24,000 nt of DNA from positions 486,887 to 510,886 of the forward strand of contig CAWFUN010000001.1 in the NCBI GenBank assembly GCA_963819015.1, given 5' to 3'. Source of the stretch: Terriglobia bacterium (GTDB lineage: Bacteria > Acidobacteriota > Terriglobia > Acidiferrales > UBA7541). Positions 19,538 to 24,000 of this stretch are shown here, in pieces. The notes under the pieces were generated by a model that worked only from the letters and a program-made list of their open reading frames with translations, had not been told where the DNA came from and searched no databases. A program made the position numbers and the translations under genes. The first letter of the stretch is position 1. Every line of letters starts with the position of its first letter.

Positions 19538-21616
19538 TCAGGACGTGCGCAGCCGCCCGCCTAGCGACTCGAGCGCGCCAGCGATGCGGCTCCTCGCGCC
19601 GGTGAGTTGCGCGTCCGTCAGTGTGGCGGAGTAACTCTGAAGCGTCACGCGGACCAGGAGCGAATGCTCTCCGTCGGGCACGCCCTTGCCGCGAAATAGA
19701 TCGATGGCTTCGATGTCGGCCACTTCCGCGATGCCGAGCGATTGAATGGCTTGCGCGACCTGCGCGAACGTGACGCTGTCGGGCAGAAACAGCGAAAAGT
19801 CACGTTCGACCGCGGGGAACCGAGGCACCGGCTGATACTGCGGATTTGCGCGCCGCGCGCCGTACGCCGCATAGAGCGGATCGAGCTCGATCTCGGCGAG
19901 ATAGGCGTCCTGCCGCAGCTTGAATCGCTCGGCTACGCGCCGAGCCAGCAAACCCGCGGCGCCAAGGGAGGTTCCGTCCGCCAGAGCGAGCGACGCCGCC
20001 CGCGCTGGCTGCAGCCATGCTGGCCCGCCGTTCGACCAGCGCAACTTCCCGGCGAGAATCTTCAATTGATCGAGGTCGCCTTTCAGATCTTCAAAGCCGT
20101 ACGTGCGCGCGGATTCCGCAACGCCTTGTTCTCGCGCGAAGCCGGACGCTCCGATCGTCAACACGCGCGCCTCAACGGTTTCTTTCCCCGCCCACGCGTA
20201 ACGCCGGCCGATCTCGAACAGCCGAAGGTTGCGCTGGCTGTGGTTCAAGTTCCATTCGAGCGTCGCGGCCATGCTGACGGCGCCATTCGACCGGAGCAGC
20301 GGCGCGTCCTCCGCGATGGGATTCCCGATGCGAACCGGCGTCACGCCCTCCGCGCGAAACAGCGCGTCGCGATCTGCGTCCACATGGGTGATGCTGATAA
20401 TTTCGCGATAGCCCAGGCCCGCCAGCAATTCGCGCAGCCGCTCTTCCGCCTCGGCGTGCGTGCGCTGGGCGGCTGGCCGTTTGGCGGGTGGGAGCCGGGG
20501 AGGGAACTTTTCAAGTCCGAAGTGGCGCGCTACCTCTTCAATGAGATCGATTCCGCGCGACACGTCCGCCCGCCAGGACGGCCGGCGGCACTCCCATGCT
20601 GCCATCAGAGAGCCCGAGCTTCCTCGCGTCGCATCCGTTCGCACGGGTGCAAACCCCAGCGATTTCAGGATTGCTTCGACTTCACGGTCCGGCACGTCCG
20701 CGCCGAGCACGCGCAACAATTCATTTCGCGTCAGCTCGATGCGCGGCGTCTCAGCGCGGCCCGGATAGATGTCCACCACGCCCTGCAGCACGTCTCCGCC
20801 TGCGATCTGTTGAATCAGTTCCGCGCAGCGCCGCGAGGCGAGTTCGGCCATCTCGGGGTCGGCGCCGCGCTCGAAGCGGTGCGATGCTTCGGTCCGCAAC
20901 CCGAGGGCCTTCGACGTTTGCCGCACCGAGATCGCGTCGAACATGGCGCATTCCAGAAGCAGCGCCCGCGTGCCCGCGGATATCTCCGTCTCCGCGCCAC
21001 CCATCACCCCGCCTATCCCCACAGCTCTTTTCGCGTCAGCGTTCAGGCACATGTCCGGAGTGAGTGTGCGTTCCTGGCCGTCGAGCGTGCGCAGCTTCTC
21101 TCCCGCTCGCGCCCGGCGCACGATCATTTTCCGCTCCGCGATGGTGTCCAGGTCGAACGCGTGCAGCGGATGGCCCAACTCGAACATGACGAGGTTCGTC
21201 GCGTCCACGACATTGTTGATCGAAGCTTGCCCCATCGCTTCGAGCCGCTGCCGCACCCACGCGGGCGAAGGGCCGATCTTCACGCCGCGCAGCACCCGCG
21301 CGGTGTATCGCCCGCAAAGTTCCGGGCACTCGATCTCCACGCGCACGGCCGAAGAAGCCTTTTCGGCTGTTTCCTTCAACTTCGGCGCAACGCTCCGCAG
21401 CGCCTGCCGGAACACGGTGGAGACTTCCCGCGCCAGTCCGTAGTGGCCGAGACAATCGCCGCGATTCGCCGTCACTTCGACGTCCAGCACCGCCCCGGCC
21501 GCGTTTTGCTCGATCGCATCCACGGCCGTGCCCGAAAGCGAAAGCCGCTCGCGCAATTCCTCGGGCGCCGCCGTGAAGGGCACAAACTCTTTGAGCCACT
21601 CGTAGAGAACTTTCAT
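19538..21616 (-). CDS. pheT: Phenylalanyl-tRNA synthetase beta subunit
   Basis: 692 aa: MKVLYEWLKEFVPFTAAPEELRERLSLSGTAVDAIE, VEVTANRGDCLGHYGLAREV, ELGHPLHAFDLD, VRTDASHRFERGAD-like LRTEASHRFERGADPEMA, FPAVERDFSLFLPD, SYSATLTDAQL. Confidence 0.97.
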   Translation of the reverse strand: MKVLYEWLKEFVPFTAAPEELRERLSLSGTAVDAIEQNAAGAVLDVEVTANRGDCLGHYGLAREVSTVFRQALRSVAPKLKETAEKASSAVRVEIECPELCGRYTARVLRGVKIGPSPAWVRQRLEAMGQASINNVVDATNLVMFELGHPLHAFDLDTIAERKMIVRRARAGEKLRTLDGQERTLTPDMCLNADAKRAVGIGGVMGGAETEISAGTRALLLECAMFDAISVRQTSKALGLRTEASHRFERGADPEMAELASRRCAELIQQIAGGDVLQGVVDIYPGRAETPRIELTRNELLRVLGADVPDREVEAILKSLGFAPVRTDATRGSSGSLMAAWECRRPSWRADVSRGIDLIEEVARHFGLEKFPPRLPPAKRPAAQRTHAEAEERLRELLAGLGYREIISITHVDADRDALFRAEGVTPVRIGNPIAEDAPLLRSNGAVSMAATLEWNLNHSQRNLRLFEIGRRYAWAGKETVEARVLTIGASGFAREQGVAESARTYGFEDLKGDLDQLKILAGKLRWSNGGPAWLQPARAASLALADGTSLGAAGLLARRVAERFKLRQDAYLAEIELDPLYAAYGARRANPQYQPVPRFPAVERDFSLFLPDSVTFAQVAQAIQSLGIAEVADIEAIDLFRGKGVPDGEHSLLVRVTLQSYSATLTDAQLTGARSRIAGALESLGGRLRTS

Positions 21617-22728
21617 GAGAATTGCCGCAAAAAGCGCACGTCGTTCTGAAAAAAAAGCTGCAGGTCATCGAGGCCGTAGCGCAGCATCGTCAGCCGCTCG
21701 ACACCCATCCCGAATGCGAACCCGGAGAGCCGCGCGGCGTCGTAGTTCACGAAGCCGTACACCGCGGGGTCCACCATCCCCGCGCCGAACAGTTCGATCC
21801 AGCCTGAAAACTTGCACACGCGGCAGCCCGATCCGCCGCACACGTGGCAGCTCGCGTCCACTTCCACCGACGGCTCGGTGAACGGAAAATAGCTCGGCCG
21901 GAGCCGCGTTTTCGCCTTGGGCCCGAGAAATTCGCGCACGAAATGTTCGACGGTTCCCCGGAAATCGCAGAACGTGATGTCCGTGTCCACCGCGAGGCCT
22001 TCGATTTGGTGGAACATGTAGCTGTGTGTGGAATCCGGGTTGTCGCGACGATAGACTTTTCCCGGCACGATGATTCGCACTGGAGGAGCCTGCTTTTCCA
22101 TGGTGCGGATCTGCATTGGCGAGGTGTGCGTGCGCAACAGGCGCGCTGCGGCTCCCGCGGGCGCGCCGACCGGCGGCTCGATGTAGAAGGTGTCCATCGT
22201 GTCGCGCGCGGGATGGTGCTCGGGAATATTGAGCGCCTCAAAATTGTAGTAAGGCGTCTCGATTTCCGGCCCTTCGACTACCGTGTAGCCGAGCGAAAGA
22301 AAAATCCGCTCGATCTCCTCGAACGTTTGCTGCAAAGGGTGCCGCGATCCGACCGGCCGCACCACTCCCGGCAAGGAAAGATCAATCTGTTCCCGCGCAG
22401 CCGCTGCAGCTTCGGCCGCGGCTTCGACTCGCAGCCGGACCGTTTCCAGGGATCGTTCGATGTGAGCTTTCAGTTCGTTGAGGGCTTGTCCGACCGCGCG
22501 CTTTAGCTCGGGAGGGGCCGGCTTCAGCCAGTTCTCGGTGGTGCGCGTAATCGCACCGGCTTTGCGGCCCACCCAGGCGTTGCGCACTTCTTCCCAGCGC
22601 GCCGCGTCGGGCACCGCCGCCGTCTCGTTGACGAATTGCTCTTTGAGAGCCGCGAACAAGCGTGCCACGCCCGCGGCGTCCGCGACGCCCAGTTCCGCAA
22701 GCGTTTTCGCCGTGGGGTCGTTCGGCAT
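21613..22728 (-). CDS. pheS: Phenylalanyl-tRNA synthetase alpha subunit
   Basis: 371 aa: [95 protein letters not shown]-like, [32 protein letters not shown]. Overlaps the pheT start by 4 bp. Confidence 0.97.
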   Translation of the reverse strand: [371 protein letters not shown]

Positions 22729-22738
22729 AGAAAGGGCG

Positions 22739-23110
22739 TTACGCCTTTGCGGGCGCGGTCAGATGCTGCTTGGCCTGCGCGGCGAGTTCCGCAAACGCCG
22801 CCGCATCCTTCACGGCGAGATCGGCCAACATTTTGCGGTCAATCGCCACGCCGGCCGCTTTCAATCCATGCATGAGTTGGCTATACGACAATCCGTTCGC
22901 CCGCGCCCCGGCGCCGACGCGCTGGATCCACAGCCTTCGGAATTGCCGCTTCTTGTTCCGGCGGTCGCGGTAGGCGAAGCGGTCGGCGCGATTCGCCGCC
23001 TCCTGCGCCGATTGGAACAGCTTCGATTTGGTAAGGAAAAACCCCTTCGTGCGCTTTAAATATTTCTTTCTGCGCGCACGGCGTTTCGTTCCGCGTTTTA
23101 CTCGAGCCAT
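22739..23110 (-). CDS. rplT: 50S ribosomal protein L20
   Basis: [87 protein letters not shown]. Start at the ATG at 23110, not the longer track ORF. Confidence 0.98.
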   Translation of the reverse strand: MARVKRGTKRRARRKKYLKRTKGFFLTKSKLFQSAQEAANRADRFAYRDRRNKKRQFRRLWIQRVGAGARANGLSYSQLMHGLKAAGVAIDRKMLADLAVKDAAAFAELAAQAKQHLTAPAKA

Positions 23111-23358
23111 AATTCCCTCTTTTGCGAGGAGCGCGCGCACGAAGCACTTGCGCTGGCCGGCCCGCGGGCCCGGCCAACGCCCCCCGGCTTCGGTGGCGTC
23201 TCCACGGCGTGTTGAGAATGCAACCCGAACTTCCCTGGTTGCCCTTTGCCCCGGCCCGCGCACTTTTCGCGCATGGGTTGGAGCCGCTGGCCGGCAGGCC
23301 CGTCGTGGTGGGTTACGCGCTGCCTGGCACAGCAAAAAAATCGTATCAGCCGTTGCCC

Positions 23359-23565
23359 TCAGGCATACGGCAGCATCCGATGCACTTTCGGCGCGTCGGC
23401 CGGACTCACCGCCGCCATCTTCTTCAGGCGGCGCATGCGATTGGCCGGCTTGGTTCCCAAGATGTGCCGCTTGCCCGAATGCATGCGCAACACTTTGCCG
23501 GTGGAAGTGATCTTGAATCGCTTCGCCGCGCCGCGGTGCGTCTTAAGTTTTTGTTTCTTGGCCAT
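23359..23565 (-). CDS. rpmI: 50S ribosomal protein L35
   Basis: 68 aa: [68 protein letters not shown]. Confidence 0.97.
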   Translation of the reverse strand: MAKKQKLKTHRGAAKRFKITSTGKVLRMHSGKRHILGTKPANRMRRLKKMAAVSPADAPKVHRMLPYA

Positions 23566-23626
23566 GTGCCTAAACCCCTTCTCGCTCGAATCGCTGCGCG
23601 GCCGGACTGCGTCGGGCCACGCCGCC

Positions 23627-24000
23627 TCAGGATTGTCCCGAGGCCACCGCAGGCGCTTGCGTTCGGCCGGGGCCTTTTTTCGGCGCAAGCAGCGCCATGA
23701 GAATGTTTGCTTCCATCCGCGGCCCGATCTCCACCAGCGCATGATCGGCGATCTCGAGCAGCAACCGGTTCATCTTGGCCCGACCCACTTCCTGGTGCGC
23801 CATCTCGCGCCCGCGGTGGAAGATCATCGCTTTCACGCGGTGCCCTTCACCCAGAAATCGGATGATTTGATTTTTCCGCACCTGGTAATCGTGCTCCGCC
23901 GTCGCCGGCCGGAACTTCACTTCCTTCAGTTGCGACCCTTTTTGGTGCCGCCGCTGTTCGTGTGCTTTCTTGTTCGTCTGGTAGAGGAAGCGTCCGTAGT
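23627..24000 (-). CDS. infC: Translation initiation factor IF-3, partial; gene runs off the right edge
   Basis: Open minus-strand frame reads YGRFLYQTNKKAHEQRRHQKGSQLKEVKFRPATAEHDYQVRKNQIIRFLGEGHRVKAMIFHRGREMAHQEVGRAKMNRLLLEIADHALVEIGPRMEANILMALLAPKK. Confidence 0.95.
   Translation of the reverse strand, partial: YGRFLYQTNKKAHEQRRHQKGSQLKEVKFRPATAEHDYQVRKNQIIRFLGEGHRVKAMIFHRGREMAHQEVGRAKMNRLLLEIADHALVEIGPRMEANILMALLAPKKGPGRTQAPAVASGQS

Noticed and set aside
19742-21649. 635-aa plus-strand ORF
   Set aside because: Antisense to pheT with no recognisable motif; shadow ORF.

Overview
The window looks like an oriC-proximal housekeeping region, possibly acidobacterial (inferred from gene content only). 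Almost everything reads on the minus strand. Left block: gyrA (partial), an 80-aa ORF, gyrB, then a compact restriction/repair island (HNH nuclease on +, Vsr on -, C5-cytosine methyltransferase on -, XRE regulator on +), then dnaN and dnaA. A cluster of TTTCCACA-type DnaA-box-like motifs, including a perfect 30-bp palindrome, lies upstream of dnaA. Middle block: an NHL/beta-propeller-like gene apparently split by a frameshift, a YmdB-family phosphoesterase, and a ~3.46-kb tandem duplication of [3' zapA - small CPVC protein - TonB/Oar-like receptor]. Right block: zapA, pheT, pheS, rplT, rpmI and infC (partial). The most interesting items are the R-M/Vsr island between dnaN and gyrB with overlapping divergent promoters, the DnaA-box array, the tandem duplication that leaves an in-frame zapA fragment and conserved leader hairpins, and the frameshifted propeller gene. 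I see no CRISPR array, transposase or tRNA, and nothing I can defend as a wholly new class of system.
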